Shown: positions 1 through 11,436 of the stretch, piece after piece
Numbering within the stretch: the first letter of the stretch is position 1
Layout of the letters: each line of letters opens with the position of its first letter
DNA from: Stramenopiles sp. TOSAG23-3
Lineage: Eukaryota
NCBI GenBank assembly: GCA_900128585.1
Contig: LT642181.1
Span: forward strand, 1 to 40,582
DNA: 40,582 nt
Reading direction: 5' to 3'
Made by a program: the position numbers and the translations under genes
Notes under the pieces: generated by a model
What the model was told of the DNA's origin: nothing
Seen by the model: only the letters and a program-made list of their open reading frames with translations
Databases searched by the model: none

Positions 1-1
1 C

Positions 2-154
2 AACATTGGTGCTGAAGGGGCAAAATATGTTGCAGAGGCGTTGAAAGTGAATACTTCGTTGACAAAGATTCATTTGTACGGTAACAACATTGGTGCTGAA
101 GGGAAAGATTCATTAACAGAAGCGTGGAAACACAACAATGGATTAAGGCTGTAA
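2..154 (+). CDS. 3' end of RNI/NLRC3-like leucine-rich repeat protein (partial, begins before window)
   Basis: Frame from nt 2 reads NIGAEGAKYVAEALKVNTSLTKIHLYGNNIGAEGKDSLTEAWKHNNGLRL*, a typical 28-aa RI-type LRR; TAA at 152-154. Confidence 0.85.
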   Translation, partial: NIGAEGAKYVAEALKVNTSLTKIHLYGNNIGAEGKDSLTEAWKHNNGLRL

Positions 155-381
155 TATAATTTATTATATTAATTAGCTAAATTTTAATTACTATATTTAT
201 TATTTTTATTAACAACAATCGATCATCTTCTCTATAAAAAAAATGAAGAGATATTATGTTTTTTTTTTACAAAAACAAAAATTATTGCTTTTATTTGAAG
301 AGATTCTTTTTTGGTCTTTTCTTGTGTCTAGATGTACTGCATTTGTTGATCACGGATTGTGCTTAATCTTCTAACGTACTA

Positions 382-1358
382 CTATGACAGCTGTTTGTGT
401 TTGAAATACGCATGACCACATTCCTGCACGAGCTTCAACCGTTTGTTCTTCAACAGTTCTATGGTCTGTTCGTTTTCCGGGAGTTCACCCCAATCGATGC
501 ATTCCGGTCGCATTGGTTTCAATCCACTCAAACGTTCTAGCTTTTCCAAGTACACCTGGTACCAATCCTCCGACGACGACGGCGCGCCCCGCTCGTTGCT
601 TAACGACTTCTCCACCGCGGCGTTCTTCTGGGGTTCTGCCGTCGGGTTTTGTTGACTGCTAGGGACACGGCTTGCTGCTTGCATGGATTCACTGACGTTT
701 TTGTTTACATTTCGAAGATGGGACAAACTCTCCGATGATGAAATGCTAGCATCGAGCGATCCGGAGGAATCCTCCCACCCCTCTATAACAGGCTCCTGAA
801 ATCGTCCTGGCAACAACGAACCCATAAGCCTGTCGTAAATTTGTTTTGTTGTGTTGTCTTTTGAACGACGCAGGGGTACAGACGCAGCGACACGTACCGA
901 AACGTCAACAGAATGGAATCTTCGTACCTAGAAATTTCAACGATTTCAGTGTGATCAATTACGCACACGGTCCCTTCCAAATATATGTACAGCCCGCACG
1001 GGGAATAACCAGACGATGAGTCGAATGCTTTGGGCAAAATATGGACAAGGGACGCAGAGAAGCGCATGTGCTGTTCCAACCGTCCCTCCAGCCGTCCATC
1101 GCGGGACAAACCCGTGCTAACCCTTGTGTTCAAACTATCATTGCTTTCCCCCTTCTCGTACCCCCCGAACGTTCCCACAGTAAACGCCAAGGGGCAAACG
1201 CGCTTTTTTGCACGATCAATCACGCAAAGACAACATTTACCCTCTGATACCAAGCGCTCAACTTGCACGTTCGCGTCTGAGGGGGGCGGCCAGGACTTTC
1301 CATGTTTAACTTTCAACCATGTGTCGGCCGTGTTCAAAAATTTAACAAAATCAACCAT
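382..1358 (-). CDS. Hypothetical protein, two exons (1358-898 and 829-382)
   Basis: ORFs 783-1445 and 382-825 join in frame (…LTFR|LMGSLLP…) if a 68-nt GTACGT…ACAG intron at 897-830 is removed; first ATG at 1358 (MVDFVKF). Confidence 0.7.
830..897 (-). other. Spliceosomal GT-AG intron (68 nt)
   Basis: Minus strand GTACGT donor, A-rich body, CAG acceptor; removal restores the reading frame. Confidence 0.7.
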
Positions 1359-1995
1359 CGTTTGTAATAATACCAAACGGGCTAAGCTTCTGTACAACAG
1401 CCGCGTGGTTTGAAAATCTTCACAGTCAACCCTGCTCGAGTCCAAAAATTGGACAGAACTTACAGAACATATCTATGTATTAATATTGCCGCTTTTTCTG
1501 ATTTAGTCTAATTTTTTCTAAGGGGTTATAGATGTGAAATTATATATTATTGTTGGGATCAACACACAATAATAATATGAATTTTGAATTAATAATGAAC
1601 GATGGGATGGAGGTGATGAGGAGGGTGGTGAGAGAGGTTGATGAGAAGAGAGGAGAGGGAGGGAGGGAGAGGAGAATAGATGATTTTGTAATTATATATA
1701 TAGTTTCAATAATTAATAGTAAAAAAAAAAACAATCAATAAACAATGGTGTGTTCCTGTTTTAAAAAATTGATGTTATGTTTTTTTTAGGAAGACATAAA
1801 TAAATATCCTTGAAATATTCTTCTATAAATATTATAATACCTTGGTACAACAAAAACACCACCACATTATTAGCCCTATTTTCACCACACACTGAACTCC
1901 ATCCACTGTGAACTGTCTTTGCGGTGCCTTAATATTCGGCTGCATCACCTAAATGCCTTCCAGTCCTCTTGCGTACAAGGTTCTGTGAACATAGG

Positions 1996-2074
1996 CTGGG
2001 CACTGATCCCGTTCTCGCAACATCTCAACCAGTTCCCACGCCTTTGCTTTCGCCGTTAAACCCAGAGCTGTTTG
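1996..2074 (-). repeat. 79-bp direct duplicate of internal coding segment 3018-3096 of the protease gene
   Basis: 77/79 identical by eye; encodes QTALGLTAKAKAWELVEMLRERDQCP. Confidence 0.9.
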
Positions 2075-2103
2075 TAGGCCAGTTCAGTGGGTTGCGAACT
2101 CTT

Positions 2104-4377
2104 TCACAATCTATGGCCCGTTCCTGGACCACTTGGACACTTAATCTTATTTATTGCTTTGCATTTCGTAATTTCGTTCCCAAATTTACAAAATTTACTT
2201 TTACTGAATGTTTTGTAACAGTGGACGTTGCACTTGTACCGGGTCAGAGGTTCGTCGACTTTCTTCTTCCCCGCTCCTCCTTTGATCACGCAGTGACGAA
2301 TAGGATACGTGTGAAGTACTATACTCCCCCACGTACATAGGTAGTTATCTGATTTCGCCTGGTTTGCCTTCAATTTGCACGATCTCGCGCATGATGTCCG
2401 GCTTTCGCTTGGGTTCTGGTGCCTAATATTGCCTGCGCCACCTTTCATGGTGCAGCGCTCTGTTTCCTCTGCAGCTTTTGTGGCTTTTGTTTCTGCGGCC
2501 TTCAGCTCACTGTTGCACGTGGATTTCAGTGCCTCCAGCTCAGCTTGGTGCGCTTTCCTCATCTCTTCTATTTGTTGGGCATGCTGCGCCTTTAAGCGCT
2601 CTATACTGGCCTGGTAGTCTGCCTTTGCGGCCTCTAAACGTGTCTGGGACTCGCCCGTCAAACGGTTCCTCGCGTTTCGGAGCCGGGCTATTTCTGCACG
2701 TTGCTCTTCGATTTTCTCTCCGGCACCGTCCAGCTCACGCTCCATTTCCTCTAGGACTTGCTTGGTCTTTGCCTCGTCGCCACTTAAAGAGTCGACCTGC
2801 CGCTTCCACTCCTCTCCCTCTTTCTTGCACTTTTGTAGTTCTATCCCCGCGTCCAGGTTTACCTGGAGCCCCGAGTTGTCCTTCTTGAGGCTCGTGATTT
2901 CGGTTTGGGCAGCAGCCAACTTCTTCTGAAATCCCTGCAAGTGCTGCTTCAACGCTGTTAGTTCGCTTTGCAATGCCTTTATTTCCTCTGCAGCTTGGTC
3001 AAAGTCCTCATATACTACTGGGCACTGATCCCGTTCTTGCAACATCTCAACCAGTTCCCACGCCTTTGCTTTCGTCGTTAAACCCAGAGCTGTTTGCACT
3101 GGGGCGACCCAAGGCATCAATCGCCGGTGCAAACGCAAATTCCTACGACTACGAAGTTTTGTAGGATGGCGACGCTGCAACTTGCTGAGGGCGACATGTT
3201 GATGTATCCATTCTCTGTAATGGGACAACTCAACATAGTACTCGAGAATCCCTTTCCCGCTACTCATGAATCCACCAGACCCCGAAACAACACCGATTTG
3301 CTCATTGTTTAGAATTAAAGGGCCACCACTATCCCCAGGCATTGCCAGTTGCAGTTCTGGCGTTGTAGGCGAAGCGCATATGACTCCTTTGTTTTTCAAA
3401 TCGTGGGCTCTACTTACCGCGCTGTTCAAAGCTGCAAAGACTGGCCGTTTGAGTACACTGTACCATGCATTTGGGTTAGAAAAATAATGTTTCATCAACC
3501 ATTCTCCGGCAAGCTTAGTGAAAGCGTATGAGCATGTGTCTGGAGAAAGTACTCGACACATGGCTTTCCTCGCTGCGCCATCATACGCTGAATTTTTTCC
3601 ACTCGACCTATCCCAAATACCTTGATTTACCGTCTTTCCATAACCAACCGCTTCAGCAACACTACACGTCAAGTCCTCACTGGTCCTCGCTATTTTCATA
3701 AGCCGACGGTCCATTACGCTTGTGTCGAGGTAGACAACAGCAAGATCACCCCTGAAGATTGTAAATCCTTCTCCTCGTCCAAACGTTTCTGCAATTTTAA
3801 GAAGCAGTTTGAACGCTTTTCTTAATCTTAAAAGACCGGCTTGCCATCCCGTTTCTTCTCCTAACCTGCACATTTTAAACGTCTTGCCTGGACTACTTGT
3901 GCACTTTCCTCGGGTCATACACCAAGGAGTTGCGCTGTCTGGGCTCCGCTCGTCGCAACCAAAATATTTCTCCCCATTGTATTCCCAATTTTTGCGACAA
4001 TCGCAGTTTCCAATAAGGCGATCCAGTTTGCTTATTGCGTTGATATCTCCATTAATATTCATGTAATCTTCGTGTAGAACAACTTTAGACACTCCCAGAA
4101 CTTTCCCTGTATCACCAGGACTCAAAGGCGGTAACTTAACGGTGTATTTCGCTGTCGGTGCGTCTTCAAAGCAGTGCTGCGCCGTAAGGACGAGATTCGG
4201 TGAAATGAGAGACCCTGTGCAGTGACCCGGGTCCCCATTCCTTTGTATCTCCACAACGGACGTGTGTTCCCCAGGCTGTACTATTTTTGCATCCCCAGAT
4301 ATCAAACGCCTGGCGTGAGACGTCGATATAGTTACAGCGAGTGTGAAAATCAGGAGTACTTTCATTTTTAAACGCAT
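2104..4377 (-). CDS. Secreted S1 (trypsin-family) serine protease with FN2-like insertion, C-terminal coiled coil and Cys-rich tail
   Basis: Signal peptide; LTAQHC (His), RGDLAVVYL (Asp), GDSGGPL (Ser); CDC…WEYNGEKYFGC…PWCMT insert; long heptad region. Confidence 0.85.
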   Translation of the reverse strand: MRLKMKVLLIFTLAVTISTSHARRLISGDAKIVQPGEHTSVVEIQRNGDPGHCTGSLISPNLVLTAQHCFEDAPTAKYTVKLPPLSPGDTGKVLGVSKVVLHEDYMNINGDINAISKLDRLIGNCDCRKNWEYNGEKYFGCDERSPDSATPWCMTRGKCTSSPGKTFKMCRLGEETGWQAGLLRLRKAFKLLLKIAETFGRGEGFTIFRGDLAVVYLDTSVMDRRLMKIARTSEDLTCSVAEAVGYGKTVNQGIWDRSSGKNSAYDGAARKAMCRVLSPDTCSYAFTKLAGEWLMKHYFSNPNAWYSVLKRPVFAALNSAVSRAHDLKNKGVICASPTTPELQLAMPGDSGGPLILNNEQIGVVSGSGGFMSSGKGILEYYVELSHYREWIHQHVALSKLQRRHPTKLRSRRNLRLHRRLMPWVAPVQTALGLTTKAKAWELVEMLQERDQCPVVYEDFDQAAEEIKALQSELTALKQHLQGFQKKLAAAQTEITSLKKDNSGLQVNLDAGIELQKCKKEGEEWKRQVDSLSGDEAKTKQVLEEMERELDGAGEKIEEQRAEIARLRNARNRLTGESQTRLEAAKADYQASIERLKAQHAQQIEEMRKAHQAELEALKSTCNSELKAAETKATKAAEETERCTMKGGAGNIRHQNPSESRTSCARSCKLKANQAKSDNYLCTWGSIVLHTYPIRHCVIKGGAGKKKVDEPLTRYKCNVHCYKTFSKSKFCKFGNEITKCKAINKIKCPSGPGTGHRL

Positions 4378-5106
4378 CGGAATGTGTGAAGGATAATTGA
4401 TAATTTTCTGATGAATTTGATATATGCGAATGGATCAATTCCAAATCTTTTCCAGGCACTTTCGGTCCTCTGCCACAATTTGTTTGAGTCACTACGATCT
4501 TTTTACATGTAGTCGTCGCAAGAAGAAGAAGAACGAAAAAAATCATTTGTACACATATACTCTATGGTGTGTGTATGCAATGTATTTGTTTTTTCTTCAT
4601 TCTTCAAGCACAAAAAAAGTTTCAGCCAGCTGCTAGCACTTCTATCTTTTTTTCACACTCTGCTCTGCTGCTGCACCCTGCACCCCTCCTCCCTTTTTTT
4701 CAATATCGATCGATCGATCATCAACACAAAAAACTGAGAAAGACGAAGAGAATGATGATCTAAAATGTTCCTACGCTGTGTCTATATTATAATATGTTAC
4801 GTTCTTCATTCATAATAATGATTGATCAAGATTATTTGTTGTTGACGACGACCACACATCCACTCAAAATAACATCTAACAGAAGAAGAAGAAGCAAGAA
4901 GTTTTTTAATTTTTTAAAATAGAACGATCTATACAATTAATAATCAGAATAAATCTGAACTATTTGCAACGAAGCAAAACATTAAAACATTCCAATGTTT
5001 ATTTCATAAGTAGAGGGAGAGTTTCATTTTACAGGTTATATTATCTATTCAATTGAATAACTACAATAGGTATTTGTGTTGCAAACGATTATTTGAAAGA
5101 ACGACG

Positions 5107-6471
5107 ATGAGAACGTTTGGTTTATGTGTGCTGGTGGCTGCGTGCCTTTTGGTGGGTGCGTACGGGAAGCAAGCGTGGACGTCCAACAAAGGGCCAGTAA
5201 CGGGCCGGTTGCAGGTAAACAACGACCCTACTGGGTTGTGCGACACCGTCAAAAGCGAAGCGGGTTACTTCAAAATTGAGGGATCCAAGGACAAGAATTA
5301 CTTTTACTGGTTCTTCGAGTCGCGAAACGACCCAAAAAACGACCCTGTCATTCTTTGGATGACGGGCGGACCGGGCTGCAGCTCTGGCATTGCCCTGTTC
5401 AAAGAAAATGGTCCTTGCCAGATCGACCCCTCCGACATCCTCAACACAAAGATGAACCCGTACGGGTGGAATGCCAACGCAAGCATCATGTACATCGACC
5501 AGCCGGCAGGCGTGGGGTTCTCGTACGGCGACGCCGAAGATGCCGACCACAACGAGAAGGAAGTTGCGGAGGACATGTTTCACTTTCTTCATGAATTTTC
5601 GCAGGCCAACGGGGACTTGCTGAAAACGAACGAATTCTTCGTATTTGGCGAATCGTATGGGGGGCACTACGCACCAGCGACCGCGCACCGTGTTGGAACC
5701 TCCCTGAACCTGAAAGGCCTAGGAGTGGGCAACGGTTTGACTGCCCCAGAGCACCAGTACCAAAGCTACCCAGAAATGGCGTACAATTACTCCATCGAGG
5801 TGACCGGGAAACCGTCCGTTTCGTTGGAGCAGTACACAGAGATGACAGCGGCCCTTCCAGCCTGCATCGAGATCATCCACAAGTGCCAGCAAGAGGGCGG
5901 CGACGTCTGCGCCCAGGCGCAGAGCCAGTGCAACGGGGCGCTTCTGAACCCATACTACGCCACCGGGAAAAACCCTTACGACATTCGCGAACCGTGCAAG
6001 GTGAAACCCCTGTGCTACAATTTCACGGACGTTGAACTATTCCTGGACGACCCATCCGTGCAGGAAAAGCTTGGGGTAGACCACCCAATCCAATGGTCGT
6101 CCTGCAATTTTACCGTGAACGCCGCGTTTGCCGACGACTGGATGGAAAGCTTTGCGTACACAGTACCGGACTTGCTGAAAGAAGGCGTCCGGGTCCTTAT
6201 CTACGACGGCGACATGGACTTCGTCGTCAATTGGATCGGCGACAAGGCATGGACGATGGCTTTGGAATGGGAAGGAAAGGAGCAGTTCAACGCAGAAGGC
6301 GACCACGACTGGACGTCGAATGGAAAGCTTGCTGGACTTGCCCGCACGTACGATAATTTCACGTTCTTGCGCGTGAAGAACGCAGGGCACATGGTTCCTC
6401 TCGACCAACCAGAGGCCGCCCTGGACATGCTGAACACGTTCCTTTCAGGAAAACCGTTTTACAAACAGTGA
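5107..6471 (+). CDS. Serine carboxypeptidase, family S10
   Basis: Signal peptide; WMTGGPGCSS, IDQPAGVGFS, GESYGGHY, NAGHMVP motifs; ATG at 5107. Confidence 0.95.
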   Translation: MRTFGLCVLVAACLLVGAYGKQAWTSNKGPVTGRLQVNNDPTGLCDTVKSEAGYFKIEGSKDKNYFYWFFESRNDPKNDPVILWMTGGPGCSSGIALFKENGPCQIDPSDILNTKMNPYGWNANASIMYIDQPAGVGFSYGDAEDADHNEKEVAEDMFHFLHEFSQANGDLLKTNEFFVFGESYGGHYAPATAHRVGTSLNLKGLGVGNGLTAPEHQYQSYPEMAYNYSIEVTGKPSVSLEQYTEMTAALPACIEIIHKCQQEGGDVCAQAQSQCNGALLNPYYATGKNPYDIREPCKVKPLCYNFTDVELFLDDPSVQEKLGVDHPIQWSSCNFTVNAAFADDWMESFAYTVPDLLKEGVRVLIYDGDMDFVVNWIGDKAWTMALEWEGKEQFNAEGDHDWTSNGKLAGLARTYDNFTFLRVKNAGHMVPLDQPEAALDMLNTFLSGKPFYKQ

Positions 6472-7134
6472 GAGAGAGAAGCAAAGTAAAATGAAGTGAA
6501 TGACAACGGGAAGACGACGACGACGGATTATTCATAATATTATCTATAGTTTTACTAGTACATTATCTATATATACTATAGTCTAAGAAAAAGAGGCCTA
6601 TTGCCGCTGCTGGTTATTATTGCTGTAGTATGGAGTAAAAACCCTACGCGTATCCAACATCAAATACTCGAAAAGAAGAATGAAATAATAATATTTTAAA
6701 AAACTTGAAAAGGGGGGGGGGGGAGGTTCGCTTTTTAGGTACCGTACCAAGGTATAGCAATGATGTAGCTATATCCAAGTTAAGAATGGAATTAATCTAT
6801 TAATACTATATATTTAATAGTATAATGTTAAAGATTCAATATATAGTAGGTGGTAAAGTACCGGTATAATACAATATTTAACACCAGACGATGATAGGAG
6901 AAACACAAAACAACAACAACAACAGGAAGTGGTGTGCAAATAATACAATTCCTTGGTACCTATATTCATAAACGTAGTTTAGAAGCTATATCTAAGAATT
7001 GGATCATGAATTTGAAAGGGTTAAGTGAAACGGTCGGCAATTTAAAAGATCCCGGAAGTACAGGAATGCAGGAAAGACGCCAAAAGATCTGAGCAAAATC
7101 AAAAGAACTATTACTGTAAAAACGAAGGGAGGAA

Positions 7135-7980
7135 ATGTTGTCCGTTCGTACCACTGTTAGCGTTAGTGCTTTTCTGTTGGTTGTTGTTTTCGCAATCAGT
7201 AGCGGAAGTGCAAACCAAATAAGAACGGCCACGCAAGCGCAAACACATACACAGGCACCTACACAAGCTCCGACACAAAAACCTACACAAGCACCTACAC
7301 AAGCACCTACACAAGCTCCGACACAAGCTCCGACACAAGCACCGACACAAGCACCTACACGGCCGCCACGGCCAGCGCCAGCGCCACGGCCAGCGCCAGC
7401 GCCACGGCCAGCGCCAGCGCCACAGTACAAACTGGAGAACCAGCTTCCAAGCGATACATGCTGGGCTCCATTTAGTAATGCTTGTACGTGCCCGGCATTT
7501 AAAAGGAAGGTCGTCTTTAAAATAAAATCTGAAACGCGTCTTGCAAAAGAGCAAATTAAGTATTCGCACGACAACAGAGAAAATACCCCCCTCACGAGGT
7601 GGGTCAAGAATTCCGTAGTGGAAGAGAGGTCCAAGAATAAATTTTCTCTTGTGTATAGTTGCAGCTGCTGCCGCCATAGTTACGATGAAGTGAACAATCC
7701 TTTGTGTTACTACAAATGCGGTCACTCGCTCAGTACCCAGCCGCCTCTTGGCAGTCGAAGGGTACCCTTTGTTGTTAATAAACATATGACACTTACCGCC
7801 ACAGCCAGAACAAATACAAAGGCACCAACCCTAATTTTTTGTAATATCCACAATGTAAGAAGCAAAAAATTTGGGGACGTTATGTTGTCTTCTGTTGCAA
7901 ATCCACAGTACGTTGTGTACGATGTAGAGTCGAAGGGCAACAGACGGCGCAGGCTGCTTACTAAATCCCCACCGTGTTGA
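7135..7980 (+). CDS. Secreted Pro/Thr-rich (TQAP, RPAPAP repeat) protein with Cys-containing C-terminal domain
   Basis: Hydrophobic signal peptide, ~10 TQAP units then RPAPAP x3, Cys-rich globular remainder. Confidence 0.75.
   Translation: MLSVRTTVSVSAFLLVVVFAISSGSANQIRTATQAQTHTQAPTQAPTQKPTQAPTQAPTQAPTQAPTQAPTQAPTRPPRPAPAPRPAPAPRPAPAPQYKLENQLPSDTCWAPFSNACTCPAFKRKVVFKIKSETRLAKEQIKYSHDNRENTPLTRWVKNSVVEERSKNKFSLVYSCSCCRHSYDEVNNPLCYYKCGHSLSTQPPLGSRRVPFVVNKHMTLTATARTNTKAPTLIFCNIHNVRSKKFGDVMLSSVANPQYVVYDVESKGNRRRRLLTKSPPC
7230..7421 (+). repeat. Coding tandem repeats: 12-bp (ACACAAGCWCCK) then 18-bp (CGGCCAGCGCCAGCGCCA)
   Basis: Directly visible. Confidence 0.9.
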
Positions 7981-8177
7981 AGGATTTTCAGGCCGGTTGC
8001 AGACCCTTCCCAATTTGTGGCTAAATTAATCAACAACGGCTATAATATTTAATTTTTAATGGTTTAAAAGGTGCTCGTTTTCTGGTGTATTGCTCTATGA
8101 AAGAATTATCGGTTAATGAATTATCTAAATTAACAGCATTTATTTTGTTCAAATTTACTCCTTGCGCCCACAAAAAA

Positions 8178-10343
8178 TCAAACGCAATCGTTTCCATCAA
8201 ATTCACATGATTCAGAGTTACACGAAAAGTCACACTCGCCGTCTCCTAAGTATGAAGCTGAATCACAGTATTTACTGCACAACGGTTCGCAATATGGCAA
8301 ACCCTTTGAGCCTTTTGAACATCCAGGGTTAGCAGACATGTAGACCTGAAACAATTCATCTTCGCCTTTCTTCTTGCCTAAAAATTCCTCTGATGTTTTC
8401 GTGATGTTTGAAATAAGATTATCTCTTGCGTCGAGGTATCTTAATGAGTCAAACTTCGTCAAAAATTCAGGCAGGATCGAAATTCCCATGCGGGCGATCC
8501 CCAAAGATTGAACCGATTGGAACAAACGGTCCACTCCATCTAGAAATTTGTCTGTTTCACGCAGACGATTCTCATTGAGAATCAACGTCCTAATTTTCGG
8601 CAGCTCTTCTGGCCCTAGAGTCTTTGGCAAAAGTGCGCTGTTGTTAGCCAACTCCAAAACAAACACCTCTGGCAACAATATTTCGCCCTCCCCATTGGGA
8701 AGTTGCAGGCCTTTGTTGCTGCTAAGACGAAGAGTGTTTAAAGTTGTATGCTTCCATACACTTGGGTGGACCGTTGATAAGTTATTATAGTCGACCCGCA
8801 ATTGTAGCAGTTTATCCCATTTCTCCACATTTACGTCAAAATCCTTCATTCGGTTGAGCGCCAAATCAAAGTACGTCATTCCGTTCAACTTCTCCATTCC
8901 TTGGGGCAGTTCTTCCAATGGGCCGCTCCGCAACTTGACACTGCGCAATGCCGTCATCCTTACAAAATCCTTGGAAAGTCCATGCAAGTCATGGTCTTCT
9001 GCGTGAAACGTTGCACAATTGCACGCAGGTTCAAACATTTTATTGCAAAATGGTACTTTAACCTGGCACCCTTTTGAAAACCATGAAGTCTTCCCCCCAC
9101 TCGTAAAATTTTGCGACGCTTCGCAGTTTGGTTTTACAAAACACTCGCATTTGTTTTCTAGCTGCCCTACGACTGCGACCTGTACGATCGCGACGGTCAG
9201 CATGGCGACGACGTACACCACACTAAGGATCAACACTCCTAACTTTGCCCGTTTGTTGAAATACACTCCCTGCTTTGACTGTATCAGCTCAGTGTGAGAT
9301 TGCCCAAACACGCTTTGGCGCCTCCGGCCGAAGGCTTTGGAAGCCTTCGTGTCAATGTTGTTGGCAATGTCGTCCGCGCGGTCAATAATATTTTCTTTCA
9401 CCATTTTCTTCAATTTTCCAAACAAGGACATGGATGGGATCGCCACGATCCAACATATCTCCTGGGGCGACAGGCGGATCCCGTACAAGTAGGCCGCCAA
9501 CACCGGCAGGATAAGAAAAATCATATCCACGGCTAGGTCGATTGAAATCTGGTCGTCCCGCTTCTGTTTTGACACGGGCTCGCCTTTTCTTAAGAATTGC
9601 GCCATATTGTACGCGCGATAGGACGATTCTAGGATCAAGATTCCCATCATGATTAAACAAACAAAATGGGGAAAGGAGCACAGGTAAATATATGCCATGT
9701 TGTAGAACGACACATAATTTTCTAAGAATTCAAACAAGTGCAACCGGTAAAGGTAAAATTTTCCATTCAAACCAAAAAGGCCTTTGTAGGCACGATAGGC
9801 TTTCACAAGTGCATTTTTTGGCTTCTTTCGTATTTTATGGCGGCCCCCAGGCTTCCGTTCTCTTTCGTAGAAACGCTTGGCTTTCTTTTTCCAATAACAA
9901 GGGGATACAAACCGGAAGAATGCGCCCAGATAGAAGACAGCGAAGATCATAAACACCCATAGAAACTGTCTATTCCAACGTCTAAATGGGTAGTATCCAT
10001 CGTGTGTAAGTAGAAACAGCACGCCAAAGTGCAGACCAAAACCGGCAAGCAATAATATCATGAACACAACCCCTTTGCATCCAAACAGTCTGCAGCACGT
10101 TAGTTGTTTTTTGAACTCGGCCTCTCTGGCCGATGCATTATGGGACTGTGCGTGCTGGGGCATTGACTCTTCTTCGTCACTACTGCTATCGTCACCACTG
10201 CTAATATCAGGGCCTACTTCCAGGGCTTTGTCTATCATGGGATTGTTTATAAAGTTTGTTAACTCGATAGATTTGACAGAGTTCGGCGACGTGTCCGCCT
10301 TACCCTCCATCGAACGAACAGGGGTGGAGGAAACGTTAGCCAT
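8178..10343 (-). CDS. Multi-pass membrane protein with LRR domain and C-terminal LNR (Notch/Lin-12)-like repeat
   Basis: ~7 hydrophobic segments, Cys cluster, LxxLxLxxN repeats, terminal C…LGDGECDFSCNSESCEFDGNDC; first ATG 10343. Confidence 0.8.
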   Translation of the reverse strand: MANVSSTPVRSMEGKADTSPNSVKSIELTNFINNPMIDKALEVGPDISSGDDSSSDEEESMPQHAQSHNASAREAEFKKQLTCCRLFGCKGVVFMILLLAGFGLHFGVLFLLTHDGYYPFRRWNRQFLWVFMIFAVFYLGAFFRFVSPCYWKKKAKRFYERERKPGGRHKIRKKPKNALVKAYRAYKGLFGLNGKFYLYRLHLFEFLENYVSFYNMAYIYLCSFPHFVCLIMMGILILESSYRAYNMAQFLRKGEPVSKQKRDDQISIDLAVDMIFLILPVLAAYLYGIRLSPQEICWIVAIPSMSLFGKLKKMVKENIIDRADDIANNIDTKASKAFGRRRQSVFGQSHTELIQSKQGVYFNKRAKLGVLILSVVYVVAMLTVAIVQVAVVGQLENKCECFVKPNCEASQNFTSGGKTSWFSKGCQVKVPFCNKMFEPACNCATFHAEDHDLHGLSKDFVRMTALRSVKLRSGPLEELPQGMEKLNGMTYFDLALNRMKDFDVNVEKWDKLLQLRVDYNNLSTVHPSVWKHTTLNTLRLSSNKGLQLPNGEGEILLPEVFVLELANNSALLPKTLGPEELPKIRTLILNENRLRETDKFLDGVDRLFQSVQSLGIARMGISILPEFLTKFDSLRYLDARDNLISNITKTSEEFLGKKKGEDELFQVYMSANPGCSKGSKGLPYCEPLCSKYCDSASYLGDGECDFSCNSESCEFDGNDCV

Positions 10344-11436
10344 GGTCCTTGTTTCATACAATACACGAACAATTGTTTATGGATTTCTTAATTGGGCGTG
10401 TCTATAGAATGTCCTACAAGTGTTTTTTGCGGGCTATCTTCTAAATTGATTGTTCTGTCGTATCTATAATATGATTAACACGGTCGACGATCCATTATTA
10501 TCCAATAATCAATAAATAATAATTATTTATTTCTTCATCTGCAACCAGAGTATTATAAATATCTAACAAAACAACAACAACAACAACAACAAAACAACCT
10601 CAATGTTGAAGAGACCACCCGCACAGCAGTGCTTTATCATTATAACATCTACTTTGTATCTTTTTTTCATTAAGTATATCTCACATGCTGTCCACACGTC
10701 TTTCTACTCCGTCCCTCGACTGCATCCCCTACGAGGTATGATGGATACCGGATAAACTGATTTGAACTGTATAATTTAAATAGGAAGTTGGATCGATAAT
10801 ATTATAATCTAATATAAATTACAAGTACAAGTATTCGTCTAAAAAAATACCAGTTTTTAAAATTTTATTATTCATTTAAAAATAATTATAATAACTATAG
10901 ACTACAATTATATGTACTTTTAATTAATAGAAACATCTATTTAAATTTTATTTTTAAATCCCTCCTGTCTCCTGTCTCCTGTGGAAGAAGTATGTAATAT
11001 AATGTAATACGAAGGGGGTATATAGGAAGGAAGAAGGATCATTAATTATAGTAGGAATAGTGTGGGGGGAGAAGAAGAAAGATGAAGAAGTTGTTGAACT
11101 TCATCATTCTTCTTCTTCTTTCTTTCTTTCTTCTTCAACAACAATAATAGTAATAGTAATAATTATATTTTGCTGCATATTTTATTATTATTATTATTAT
11201 TTTTTTCTCTTTTCTTTAGAGTTAGTTAGAAGTAGTTAACAATAACGGTTTTATGTAATTTAATTGGTTTGATTAATAATTCCCTGTTTGATTTACACAT
11301 TGAAGAATTTTGAAGCGCACGCAAGTGAACGGTTCTACACGGTCCGTTTGGAATTTGTAATAGGTGTTTGTTTTCAAATTGGTGCAGCATCCGTTAGTCG
11401 GTCGTCTTGTACAACTCCAGCGGTGGTTAAGTAGGT

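Noticed and set aside
2104-2106. TGA readthrough or selenocysteine extending the protease into the downstream duplicate
   Set aside because: The duplicate is in a different frame and the in-frame extension stops soon
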